A stretch of DNA of 63,304 nt, the filler included. It is 7 parts of 7 records of this genome, joined end to end, with 100 filler letters (N's around TTAATTAATTAA, not from the genome) between each part and the next. Parts side by side here need not be neighbours in the genome. Positions count along the whole stretch, not along the records: positions 22,715 to 34,911 come from SRR20825010_1662; positions 35,012 to 45,779 come from SRR20825010_1667; 5 more parts are not named here. One strand, 5' to 3'. Under the pieces are notes generated by a model that saw only the letters and a list, made by a program, of their open reading frames with translations, was not told the DNA's origin and did not search any database. Within the stretch, counting starts at the first letter, position 1. The number at the start of each line of letters is the position of its first letter. This document shows, piece after piece, positions 29,747-38,781 of this stretch. The position numbers and the translations under genes are program-made.

Positions 29747-30328
29747 TCAGGTTTTGTCCTGCACATAGATCGTGGTATCGCCCGGCAGCTCGTAAGGGTC
29801 GAGCTCGCCCACCGTTACCGTTTCCGGCTTGTAGCTATCCAGATCAAAATCGGGCGTGTCGCTGTTCGCGCCTTCACTGGGGGAGGGCGGCGGGTCTGGC
29901 AGGTCGCTTGATGGTGGCGATGTACCGGTTTCATACTCTGCTGCTAAGAGGCTCGAAAGGGTCTGGCAATCATCCAGCAGCTTGGTCAGCAGCTTGTTCT
30001 CGGCCGTCGCGTAAGCGGGCTCGATCGTGCGGCTGGTGTTGAGCTGCCCCATGTTGGCAAGGGCGATGTTGGCGGAGATCAGGTCTGCGGTTTGCGGCAG
30101 CACAACTTCCTTGGTGGTGTCGTCCAGCGCTTCATAATCACCTGCGGTCGGGTTCTGGCTCGCTTGCAGGGTTTTAAGCGCCAGACCATAGGCCTCATAG
30201 GTCGCCACCGTGTTTTGGGCGGATGTGCTTTTGGCATAATCCGCCCGTTTCTGGATATGGTCGACCACCGGGGGCAGGTCATCAAGAACCGCAGACACAC
30301 CAGCGGCAAGGGTTGCATCAATAGCCAT
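29747..30328 (-). CDS. Hypothetical protein (helical N-domain, acidic Pro-rich tail)
   Basis: 193 aa with a strong GAGGAGG RBS; no family recognised. Confidence 0.7.
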   Translation of the reverse strand: MAIDATLAAGVSAVLDDLPPVVDHIQKRADYAKSTSAQNTVATYEAYGLALKTLQASQNPTAGDYEALDDTTKEVVLPQTADLISANIALANMGQLNTSRTIEPAYATAENKLLTKLLDDCQTLSSLLAAEYETGTSPPSSDLPDPPPSPSEGANSDTPDFDLDSYKPETVTVGELDPYELPGDTTIYVQDKT

Positions 30329-30394
30329 CCTGTCCTCCTCGAAAGATTTCTTGCTTTCAAGACGGCAGGACGGCAGGGATGTGAAGCTATAGGC

Positions 30395-30763
30395 TTACGA
30401 AAACGGGCTGAGCACAAAGCGCCCGTAAGCGATAAACGCGCAGATGGCGGCCACAATGATCCAGTATACCATCGGGCCCATGTTGTTGTCGCCGGATGCG
30501 AGGTGGATGGCGCAGAAGGCCAGCATCTCGGCCGCGATCAGGATCGCCCCATAAGGGGCAAGAAAGGCAAGCGGCTTATAAAAGGCAGGCACCACAAGGC
30601 CGACTGCGCACAACAGCTCAACCACGCTCATGCCCATCCACACACCATGGGGAATGGCATTCAGCGACGGCACGGCCTGCTCTGAATTGTTAAATTTCCA
30701 CGCGGCACCAATTGCTGTGTGCAACGCAAGCAGACCCTGTAAAACCCAAAGAAAAATATTCAT
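30395..30763 (-). CDS. DoxX-like membrane protein
   Basis: LWVLQGLLA, ELLCAVGLVVP, 4 TMs; ATGA overlap with the sigma factor. Confidence 0.85.
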   Translation of the reverse strand: MNIFLWVLQGLLALHTAIGAAWKFNNSEQAVPSLNAIPHGVWMGMSVVELLCAVGLVVPAFYKPLAFLAPYGAILIAAEMLAFCAIHLASGDNNMGPMVYWIIVAAICAFIAYGRFVLSPFS

Positions 30764-31707
30764 GATCGTCCTCCCTCATTGTCGCCGAGCATTTTGATAT
30801 CCATTTCGCTCAGCCGTTTTTGGTCCATAACAACCTTGATGCTTGAGATTTTGTCACCCTCAAGCGTGAAACAGAATGCAACAACAGGCTTATGGTCAAA
30901 GCCCCAGGCGGCACCAATGGCACCGTCAATAATCGCAACCTGGGCCCCGGCGGCGCGGCCTTTGAAGGTTTCTGCAATCCGTGCGGCGCCGCTCATCTCA
31001 GCCTCGAACTGTGGTGCGCCCTTGTCTTTGTTGGCTGCTGTTATCTTGAGGGCCGCCTCGTCTGCATAAAGCGCGACATCAGGGTGCAGCAGGGTGATCA
31101 GCGCTTCAAAATTGCCTTCCCTTGAGGCTTTCAGGAAAGCCGAGACCATCTCCGTCTGGCGGGCGCTATCCTCCTGCGGGGCCGCGCCCTGTAGCTGGCC
31201 CTGTACTTGGCCCTGTACCCGGCCCCTTACCCGACGGCGCGCACGGCTCGCAAGCTGGCGCGCGGCTTCTTCCGTGCGGCCAATAATCGGCGCAATATCC
31301 CTGAAGGGCAGGTCAAACAGGTCATGCAGCACAAAAGCGATGCGCTCAGCCGGGTTCAGGTGGTCAAGCACCACCAGAAGGGCAGGCCCAACCGCGTCTG
31401 CCATCATGAGATCAGCTTCCGGGTCGTCTTCTGTCTCGGGTGACAGCTCATAGGCCGTCTGATCGATCGGTTCCTCGCGGCGTGACTTGCGTGAGCGCAG
31501 CATATCAAGGCATATGCGCGCCACCACGGTGGTGAGCCAGCCGCCCAGATTTTCGATTTGCTCACTGTCCGACCGGTTGAGCCTGATCCAGGCTTCCTGA
31601 ACGGCATCCTCAGCCTCAGCCCTGGTGCCCAGCATGCGGTAAGCCACCGCCTTCAGGTGGCTGCGACTTTCTTCAAAATGCTCAGCAAGCCAGCTGTTCT
31701 GTTCCAT
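30760..31707 (-). CDS. ECF sigma factor with C-terminal SnoaL-like extension (SigJ/ECF41-like)
   Basis: AYRMLG, AEDAVQEAW, ERIAFVLHDLF, RQLASRARRRV, LLHPDV. Confidence 0.9.
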   Translation of the reverse strand: MEQNSWLAEHFEESRSHLKAVAYRMLGTRAEAEDAVQEAWIRLNRSDSEQIENLGGWLTTVVARICLDMLRSRKSRREEPIDQTAYELSPETEDDPEADLMMADAVGPALLVVLDHLNPAERIAFVLHDLFDLPFRDIAPIIGRTEEAARQLASRARRRVRGRVQGQVQGQLQGAAPQEDSARQTEMVSAFLKASREGNFEALITLLHPDVALYADEAALKITAANKDKGAPQFEAEMSGAARIAETFKGRAAGAQVAIIDGAIGAAWGFDHKPVVAFCFTLEGDKISSIKVVMDQKRLSEMDIKMLGDNEGGRS

Positions 31708-31762
31708 CTGCGTCTTTGCTCATCTGGTTTTTATCGTTATCGTCATAAGGTGCTAACACGGT

Positions 31763-31789
31763 GACGAAACGGCGCCAAAAAACGTGACC
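31763..31789 (-). promoter_or_regulatory. ECF41-type promoter upstream of the sigma gene
   Basis: Minus strand GGTCACG-N16-CGTC versus the ECF41 consensus TGTCACA-N16-CGTC. Confidence 0.7.
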
Positions 31790-31854
31790 GCATCAGCCAA
31801 ATTTTTAATAAAATTATCTCAACCTATTGAAAAATATAAGGAATAAATATTCAG

Positions 31855-32490
31855 CTAACCTGCTGCACTCATGGCCAGCGCGGGGCTCAGGCGGCGGTAG
31901 GTCAGCGCCTCAGCGATATGGCCGGTGTTGATATGCTCGAGCCCCTCAAGGTCCGCCAATGTGCGCGCGACACGCAACACCCGGTGATAGCCACGTGCGG
32001 AGAGACGCATGCGGTCCGCCGCCCGTTCCATCAGGCTGCGGCCAGCTGCATCAAGCGCAGCGATTTCTTCCAGAACCTTGCCATCCGCGTGCGCGTTCAG
32101 CCGCATATGGGCAGGTGCGCCCAGCACCTTGAACCGTGCTTTTTGAAGCGCGCGCGCGGCGCTTACCCTTGCGGCTACATCGACTGAGCTTTCCCGCGGC
32201 GCAGGCAGGCTCAAATCGCTCGCCGCCACAGCGGGCACATCCACATGCAGATCGATACGGTCATAGAGCGGGCCGGAGATTTTTGATTGGTAATCAAGCG
32301 CACACCTTGGCGCCCGCGCACACGCAAGGCCAGCGTCATCCAGATAACCACAGCGGCAGGGGTTCATGGCAGCAATAAGCTGAAAACGCGCGGGGTAGGT
32401 GACATGGGCCTGCACCCGCGCGACAGCCACCTCACCGCTTTCAAGCGGTTGCCGGAGCGCTTCAAGCGCGGAGCGGTTAAATTCAGGGAT
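31855..32490 (-). pseudogene. comM: 3' part of comM/yifB (Mg-chelatase-like AAA+), interrupted at Walker B
   Basis: IPEFNRSALEALRQPLESG, YPARFQLIAAMNPCRCGY, SGPLYDRID, LSARGYHRVLRVARTLADL. Homology stops just upstream of IPEF, where LFLDE is expected; the N-terminal part is absent. Confidence 0.9.
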
Positions 32491-33056
32491 TTTACTATCT
32501 AGACGAAAAGTTGTCACTTACAGGTTATTCGATTGCATAAACCAAACCCTTGGTGATTATCCTTTTGTCAAACCACGAAACCATCCTTCCGTCCCAACCA
32601 CAAAACTCAAGGAACATTGCGCGCAACGGCAGTCAAGGTCGGCCGTAGGCCGCCGCGTAGCGGTTACCTTGACAGAGTGAGCACTATGTTACTGTTGAAT
32701 CAGTGGGCATGGTACCGCATTATATTTTTGTGGCATGGCGATGTTTTGGCTGAATTCGACCCAAAGCGGACCTGATAAGACACCTTTAAATCATCAGCAT
32801 TCTTTGCAGAGTTGGGGCTGAACACTTGATAGCTAACTTTCGGCGTGCAATTAGAGCACTAAGTCAGAAGAGGTAAGTAGCTTGTTCCGCTCGATGAAGA
32901 GAGCACGTCAAATACTTTCCTCCTCATCCCCATTTAGCATGTATTAATTCTTTATCCGGGAATGCCTGCATTTATCGGTATACTAGCTGAGGTTTTTTCG
33001 CGACGCTCGTTAGTGCTGGATAATTTGCCCACGATGTACGTGTCGACAAAGGTTTA

Positions 33057-33665
33057 ATGGCTCAGGAAAACTGGAACTACTGTATGCCTAAACGAAGTGC
33101 AGAATATATGGAGGAGCGTCGGAAACACATTCTCGACGCAACCTTGCAGTGCTATCTGGAGCGTGGTTTTGATGGCATGTCCCTGGCGGACATATGCGAT
33201 GCAGCAAAAATCAGCATGGGTGCCTTTTACAAGCACTTCAAAACCAAACGCGAAGCTATGTTGGCGGTTGTAGATCGTACGCTTTCGGACTCGATTGTGT
33301 CAGGGATAGCAAGCTTTGACGCCTTCCATAAATTTATGAGCGATGCAGTGGTAGAGTTTGACGACGAACGCAGGTGCCAACTAGCACGAATTGATTATGA
33401 GCTCATCAATATAAGCCTTCGGGACGAGGAACTGCATGAGCGCACGAAGCGAGCTGTTCTGGTGAGGGAAGAACAGCTTCTGGCAATCATGAAGACCCTG
33501 CAGGAGAGCGGCGAAATTGACCCGTCATACGACGTGTCTACTGGCGCGAAGACACTGAATATGCTGATGAGCGGCCTTTGGATTACCAATGTTATTGCCC
33601 CAGAGACCTCTGCAAAATCCTATCTGCCATGTGTGCTTGCTGAGCTTGGCAAGATGCACCGATAG
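33057..33665 (+). CDS. TetR/AcrR family regulator (start may be 33084)
   Basis: RRKHILDATLQCYLERGFDGMSLADICDAAKISMGAFYKHFKTK HTH. Confidence 0.9.
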   Translation: MAQENWNYCMPKRSAEYMEERRKHILDATLQCYLERGFDGMSLADICDAAKISMGAFYKHFKTKREAMLAVVDRTLSDSIVSGIASFDAFHKFMSDAVVEFDDERRCQLARIDYELINISLRDEELHERTKRAVLVREEQLLAIMKTLQESGEIDPSYDVSTGAKTLNMLMSGLWITNVIAPETSAKSYLPCVLAELGKMHR

Positions 33666-33746
33666 CCACCACATCATCAAACTCTCTCTCTAAACCACAT
33701 GCCTGACAATGTGCTTCGGGAGCTTCTCTGCGCGTGCGCTACATTG

Positions 33747-33784
33747 ACTCAAAAAAAGAAAGCATATACTTTCTTTTTTTGAGT
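33747..33784. promoter_or_regulatory. Perfect 16-bp inverted repeat, probable TetR operator over the hydrolase promoter
   Basis: ACTCAAAAAAAGAAAG-CATATA-CTTTCTTTTTTTGAGT; overlaps TTGACT (33744) and TATACT (33765). Confidence 0.7.
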
Positions 33785-33810
33785 TGTGTAACCGACAAGC
33801 GAGAACCCCC

Positions 33811-34911
33811 ATGTATAATGCGATTTCAAAATCGATTTGTGTGCTACTGCTCCTGCTTCTGAGCGCCCAATCTTATGCTGCCGCTTCCGAGGCCATAGAT
33901 CAGGCCAAAGAGCCAGTGAAAATTCGGCACATATTTGACCTCAGGACCCCCATGCGTGACGGCGTGGAGCTATCATCTGATGTGTGGCTTCCGGCCGGTG
34001 AAGGCCCGTTTCCAGTCATCCTTTTGCGAACCCCCTATATAAAAGCAATGCCAATCATCAACTTTCCCGAATGGGCCAGCTATTTTGTGAAACATGGCTA
34101 TGCTTTTGTCGTTCAGGATGTGCGTGGCCGAGGGGATTCGGATGGTAAGTTCGATTTTTTCTTTCAAGAAGCAAATGATGGCTTCGACACCATCGAAAGT
34201 ATTGCCGAACAACCATGGTCCAATGGCAAGACATGTATGATGGGTGTTTCATATTGGGGAACGGTGCAATGGCTCGCGGCCAAGGAACGCCCGCCACACC
34301 TGACTTGTATTGCGCCAACGTCACCGGCTGGTCAGTATCTTAACGAGCTACCCTTGCAGGGCGGGGCGTTCATGATGGCATGGGCCCTCAACTGGTTCAA
34401 CGACACGTCTGGCAAAATCAGCCAGGGACCGAACTCGATGATGCTCGACTGGGAAAGCATTTACAGCCATCGCCCCCTCCTTACCATGGATGAGGCACTC
34501 GGTCGGCGTATGCCGCTGTACCGCCAGATGCTGCTGAACGATACGATGGACGACTATTGGCAGCGGATTCAACTGACAGAACATGATTTCCGACAGATTG
34601 ACTTGCCAGTCCTGAATATCACTGGGTGGTTTGATGGCGACCAGACTGGAACGCTTTATTACTGGCAAGGCATGCAAGAACATTCTGACGCCGCGAACAA
34701 CCAGCATCTGGTCATAGGGCCCTGGACCCATATCCAGAGTTTCATGGGTGGTAGCACGTCGGTGGGGGAAGTGGCTTTTGCTGACAACGCTATAGTTGAT
34801 ATCAAAAAACTACATCTCGACTTTTTTGACCGCTATTTGAAAGGCTCGAGCCCAGAGTTTAATCATCCCACAGTGCAGCTCTATGTGACGGGCCTCAATG
34901 AATGGAAAAGT
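33811..34911 (+). CDS. CocE/NonD family secreted serine hydrolase, 3'-truncated
   Basis: Signal peptide; PMRDGVEL, RTPY, QDVRGRGDSDG, GVSYWG (nucleophile), GWFD, IGPWTH. Confidence 0.92.
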
Positions 34912-35011
34912 NNNNNNNNNNNNNNNNNNNNNNNNNNNNNNNNNNNNNNNNNNNNTTAATTAATTAANNNNNNNNNNNNNNNNNNNNNNNNNNNNNNNNN
35001 NNNNNNNNNNN
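34912..35011. other. Artificial contig spacer
   Basis: N44-TTAATTAATTAA-N44. Confidence 0.99.
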
Positions 35012-35492
35012 CTTTACGAGCTTCAGCACCCTCTACAAGGTGGCGGACATGGCCCGCGTGCCGCTGGCGGATGAGGATCTGCCGCTGCTGGTGCAGGGTC
35101 GGGACGGTTCGCGGACGGAGATCCTGCGGCAGTTCCGGGAGAGCGATCGGGCGGTGCTGTTCGGGGCTGCGAGCTTCTGGCAGGGAGTGGACGTGCGGGG
35201 GCGGAGCTTGCGGAACGTGATCATCACGCGGCTGCCCTTTGAGCCGCCGGACCGGCCGCTGACCGAGGCGCGGATCGAGCGGATCCGTGATCGGGGGGGC
35301 GACCCGTTCAAGGAGGACTCGCTGCCGCGGGCGGTGATCCGGTTCAAGCAGGGGTTCGGGCGGCTGATCCGGTCGTCCAGCGACACGGGCCGGGTGGTGA
35401 TTCTCGACCCGCGGGTGCTGACGACGGGGTATGGCAAGGCGTTCATGAACGCCCTGCCGGCGGGGGTCCGGACAGAGGTCATTCACAGCTAG
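35012..35492 (+). CDS. DinG/YoaA family helicase, C-terminal fragment
   Basis: SFWQGVDVRG, VIITRLPF, FKQGFGRLIRS, ILDPR. Confidence 0.9.
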
Positions 35493-35651
35493 GGCGGGAG
35501 GGGCGATCGGGCCGACGCCCGGTGGATTCTAACCCTATCATACTGCGAACAAATCTGACTTCGGGGAGGCGGTCGTCTATTGTTCGCCCCTCACCGTTCT
35601 TGGTGCGCTTTTGGCGGTGGGGCCTCCGCTCTTTGACACAGGGAGATCTTC

Positions 35652-37058
35652 ATGCTCGGACGAGTCTTCAAGGCCTACGACATTCGCGGCACCTATCCGG
35701 ATCTGCTCAGCGACCAGATGGCGTGGCAGATCGGCTGGGGTGCGGCCCGGTTCCTGTTCTCCGAGGCCGAGGCGCAGGGTCAGAACTCGCCGATGATGCG
35801 GAACCTCGTGGTGGGGCGTGACATGCGGCAGTCGAGCCCGACGCTGGTGGCGCAGCTCATCGACGGCGTGCAGGCGTTTGGTGGCGATGTGATCGATGTG
35901 GGGCTGGTGGACACGCCGTTTGTCTACTTCGCGGTCAACCATCTCGGCTGCGCCGGCGGAGTGATGGTGACGGCGAGCCACAACCCGCCGCAGTACAACG
36001 GGTTCAAGATTTGCAAGATCGAGGCCAAGCCAGTCGGCGAGGCGACGGGTCTGGCGGACGTGCGCAAGTATGCGGCGACGGCGGACAAGGGGCGTTCGAC
36101 TCGCGACGGCCGGGTCGAGAAGCGTGACCTGTGGGACGCGTACCGCCAGCACGTGCTGCGGTTCCTGGACATGGGCGGCAAGTCGCTCAAGGTCGTGATC
36201 GACGCCTCGAACGGGATGGCCGGGACGATGGTGCCGAAGATCTTCGGCGCCCGGGGCAAGGACATCGAGGGGCTGGACATCGTCGAGCTGAACTTCGACA
36301 ACTCCAAGGGCGAGTTTGTGCACGAGCCGAACCCGCTGGTTGCGTCGAACCTGGCGCAGCTGCAGAAGGCGGTCGTGGACAAGAAGGCGGACCTGGGGAT
36401 CTGCTTCGACGGCGACGCCGACCGGTGCGTGGTGGTGGACGAGAACGGCGAGATCATCGGGTGCGACCACCTGACGGCGGTGCTCGCGGCCAGCGCGCTC
36501 GAGCAGCGGCCCGGTGCGTCGATCGTCTACGACCTGCGGTCGACTAAGGCGGTCGAGGAGACCATCCGCGAGCTGGGCGGCAAGCCGATCCGGTCGCGCG
36601 TGGGCCACGTGTTCATGAAGCAGGAGATGGCGACGCACCGCTGCCAGTTCGGCGGCGAGCTCTCAGGCCACTTCTACTTCCGCAAGAACTTCAACGCCGA
36701 CTCGGGCGCGATCGCGATGGCGACGGTCTTGAGCGTGCTGGCCAAGAGCGGCAAGACGATGAGCGAGCTGACGGCGCCCGCGAAGAAGTACTTCCAGTCC
36801 GGCGAGATCAACTTCGAGATCGAGGAGCAGGACGAGGCGCTCGACGCGCTCCGGGAGGAGTACGCGGGCGTGGCCGAGATCGACGACCTCGACGGCGTGA
36901 CGATCGACGCGTTCGCGGGCAAGGGGTGGTGGTGCAACGTCCGCAAGAGCAACACCGAGCCGCTGCTGCGGCTGAACGTGGAGGCCAGGACGCGGGAGTC
37001 GCTCGAGGAGATTCTCGCGGAACTCTCGCCGAAGCTGGGGACCCGGGTCGATCACTGA
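35652..37058 (+). CDS. Phosphomannomutase/phosphoglucomutase
   Basis: FKAYDIRG, TASHNP, FDGDADR, GGELSGH, RKSNTEPLLRLNVE. Confidence 0.95.
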   Translation: MLGRVFKAYDIRGTYPDLLSDQMAWQIGWGAARFLFSEAEAQGQNSPMMRNLVVGRDMRQSSPTLVAQLIDGVQAFGGDVIDVGLVDTPFVYFAVNHLGCAGGVMVTASHNPPQYNGFKICKIEAKPVGEATGLADVRKYAATADKGRSTRDGRVEKRDLWDAYRQHVLRFLDMGGKSLKVVIDASNGMAGTMVPKIFGARGKDIEGLDIVELNFDNSKGEFVHEPNPLVASNLAQLQKAVVDKKADLGICFDGDADRCVVVDENGEIIGCDHLTAVLAASALEQRPGASIVYDLRSTKAVEETIRELGGKPIRSRVGHVFMKQEMATHRCQFGGELSGHFYFRKNFNADSGAIAMATVLSVLAKSGKTMSELTAPAKKYFQSGEINFEIEEQDEALDALREEYAGVAEIDDLDGVTIDAFAGKGWWCNVRKSNTEPLLRLNVEARTRESLEEILAELSPKLGTRVDH

Positions 37059-37197
37059 CCTGCAGTGTGCCGCCCGGGCCGTGGTCCGGGGGTGGCTCTC
37101 GGGGCGGTGTCCCGGATGGTGGCGGCCTTGCTTCAGCGTGCCCGCGGCGGGCGGATAGACTGTTGGTGGAAGCTCGCGCCGGCTCGGTCACTCAGCC

Positions 37198-38757
37198 ATG
37201 AACCTCTCACACTTCTTTGAGCACTGGTCGATCAGGGAGAACCCGTTTAAGGGCGAGGAGGCCCGCGACGACGGGGTTTTCGCCAAGCTCGGGCTGCCCG
37301 ATGCGCGCGGGGCGAAGCCCGCGGATAGCCCGATCACCGCCCACTCCGACTTTGAGAAGATCCTCGGCTCGCTGGCCAGGCCCTCCACGTCGGTGGTGTT
37401 CGGCGAGAAGGGGTCGGGCAAGACGGCGATCCGCATGCAGTTGGCCGAGCAGATCAGGCTCCACAATCTCGCCAACCCGGGACGCGGCGTGTGGGTGATT
37501 CCCTACGACGGGCTCAACGCGGTGCTCGACTGTCTGCACGAGCGGACCGGGGAGAGCGATCCGGCCGACTCGCTGGCGAGCATGCGGCTGGTGGATCACA
37601 TCGATGCGTTGCTGTCGATCGCGACGACCTCGATCGTCGAGCAGGTCATCGAGGGGTCGGCCGTCACCGCCCCGAGCCCGGTGCCGAGCGATGCGGTCCG
37701 GCGGGTCCGGAAGGCGGGGCCGGAGCTGCGGCGGGACCTGCTCCTGCTGCAGGCGGTCTACGACAACGCCGAGCAGGCGGTCGCGCGTGGCAAGGACCTG
37801 CGGCGGCGGCTCCGGGCGTGGCCGAGTTGGCAGCGGCTGGTGTTCCGGGCGCTGGCGTGGGGCGGGTGGGTGCTTCCCGCGGCTGCGGCGTGGTATGCCT
37901 ACTTCCGCGTCGCCGACGACGCCGAGACGCTGGCGCTCACGGCCAAGATCGCGGCGGGTGTGCTGGCGGCGGTGTGGCTCGTGCTCGCGGCCAAGGAGTT
38001 CCTGTTTGAGCGGGGTCGGCTGCTGCTGCTGGGCAAGCGGCTGCGGAAGCAGCTGCGGACGCTGCGTCGGACGGAGCGATCGCTCTCTGCGACGGTGGGC
38101 AAGCTCGCCAGCGCCGACCAGTCGTCGCTGGTGCTGCCCCTGACCGATTCTGACGAGACGCGGTACGCGATGCTGGACCGGCTCAAGCGGGTGCTCGGCG
38201 TGCTGGGCTATGGCGGTGTGGTGGTGCTGGTGGACCGCGTGGACGAGCCGACGCTGATCAACGGTGATCCGGAGCGCATGCGGTCGGTGGTCTGGCCGAT
38301 GTTCAACAACAAGTTTTTGCAGCAGGAGTCGTTCGGGCTCAAGATGCTGCTGCCGGTTGACTTGCGGCACGCGTTGTTCAAGGAATCGAGCGCGTTCTTC
38401 CAGGAGGCGAGGCTCGACAAGCAGAACCTCGTCGAGCGGCTGAGCTGGACGGGGTCGATGCTCTACGACCTGTGCGATGCGCGGCTGAAGGCCTGTCGCG
38501 ACCCGGACGCCGAGCCGATCAGTCTGCTCGACCTCTTCGCCGAGGACGTGACCGGGCGGGATGTGGTCGATGCGCTGGACCAGATGCACCAGCCGCGTGA
38601 CGCCTTCAAGCTGCTGTATCGGTGCCTGAGCGAGCATTGCTCGAACGTGACGGCCGAGCAGGGCCAGTGGCGTGTGCCGCGGCTGGTGCTCGAGCAGGTG
38701 CGCAAGCAGGAGGCGGAGCGGGTGCAGCAGTTGTACCGGGGGATCCGGCCCGCGTAG
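37198..38757 (+). CDS. Uncharacterised P-loop NTPase with internal TM hairpin (KAP-like architecture)
   Basis: Walker A GEKGSGKT, two TM segments, then Walker B-like VVVLVDRVDE. Confidence 0.75.
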   Translation: MNLSHFFEHWSIRENPFKGEEARDDGVFAKLGLPDARGAKPADSPITAHSDFEKILGSLARPSTSVVFGEKGSGKTAIRMQLAEQIRLHNLANPGRGVWVIPYDGLNAVLDCLHERTGESDPADSLASMRLVDHIDALLSIATTSIVEQVIEGSAVTAPSPVPSDAVRRVRKAGPELRRDLLLLQAVYDNAEQAVARGKDLRRRLRAWPSWQRLVFRALAWGGWVLPAAAAWYAYFRVADDAETLALTAKIAAGVLAAVWLVLAAKEFLFERGRLLLLGKRLRKQLRTLRRTERSLSATVGKLASADQSSLVLPLTDSDETRYAMLDRLKRVLGVLGYGGVVVLVDRVDEPTLINGDPERMRSVVWPMFNNKFLQQESFGLKMLLPVDLRHALFKESSAFFQEARLDKQNLVERLSWTGSMLYDLCDARLKACRDPDAEPISLLDLFAEDVTGRDVVDALDQMHQPRDAFKLLYRCLSEHCSNVTAEQGQWRVPRLVLEQVRKQEAERVQQLYRGIRPA

Positions 38758-38781
38758 CGCACCGTCTGGTAGTCTGGGGAC

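Larger units (their letters stand above)
32491..34911. mobile_element. End of an integrative element or genomic island inserted in comM (continues beyond the contig)
   Basis: Abrupt loss of comM homology, visibly more AT-rich non-coding DNA, structured IR at 32632-32673, accessory cargo genes. No integrase on this contig. Confidence 0.7.

Noticed and set aside
29671..29766. 32-aa Pro/Gln-rich N-terminal extension of the 606-aa ORF call
   Set aside because: It overlaps the upstream gene and spans the C-rich intergenic repeat. ATG 29670 with an AAGGA RBS is the more plausible start.
32758..32771. GACCCAAAGCGGAC, reminiscent of one arm of palindromic repeats seen in proteobacterial islands
   Set aside because: Single copy with no clear complementary arm; too little support.
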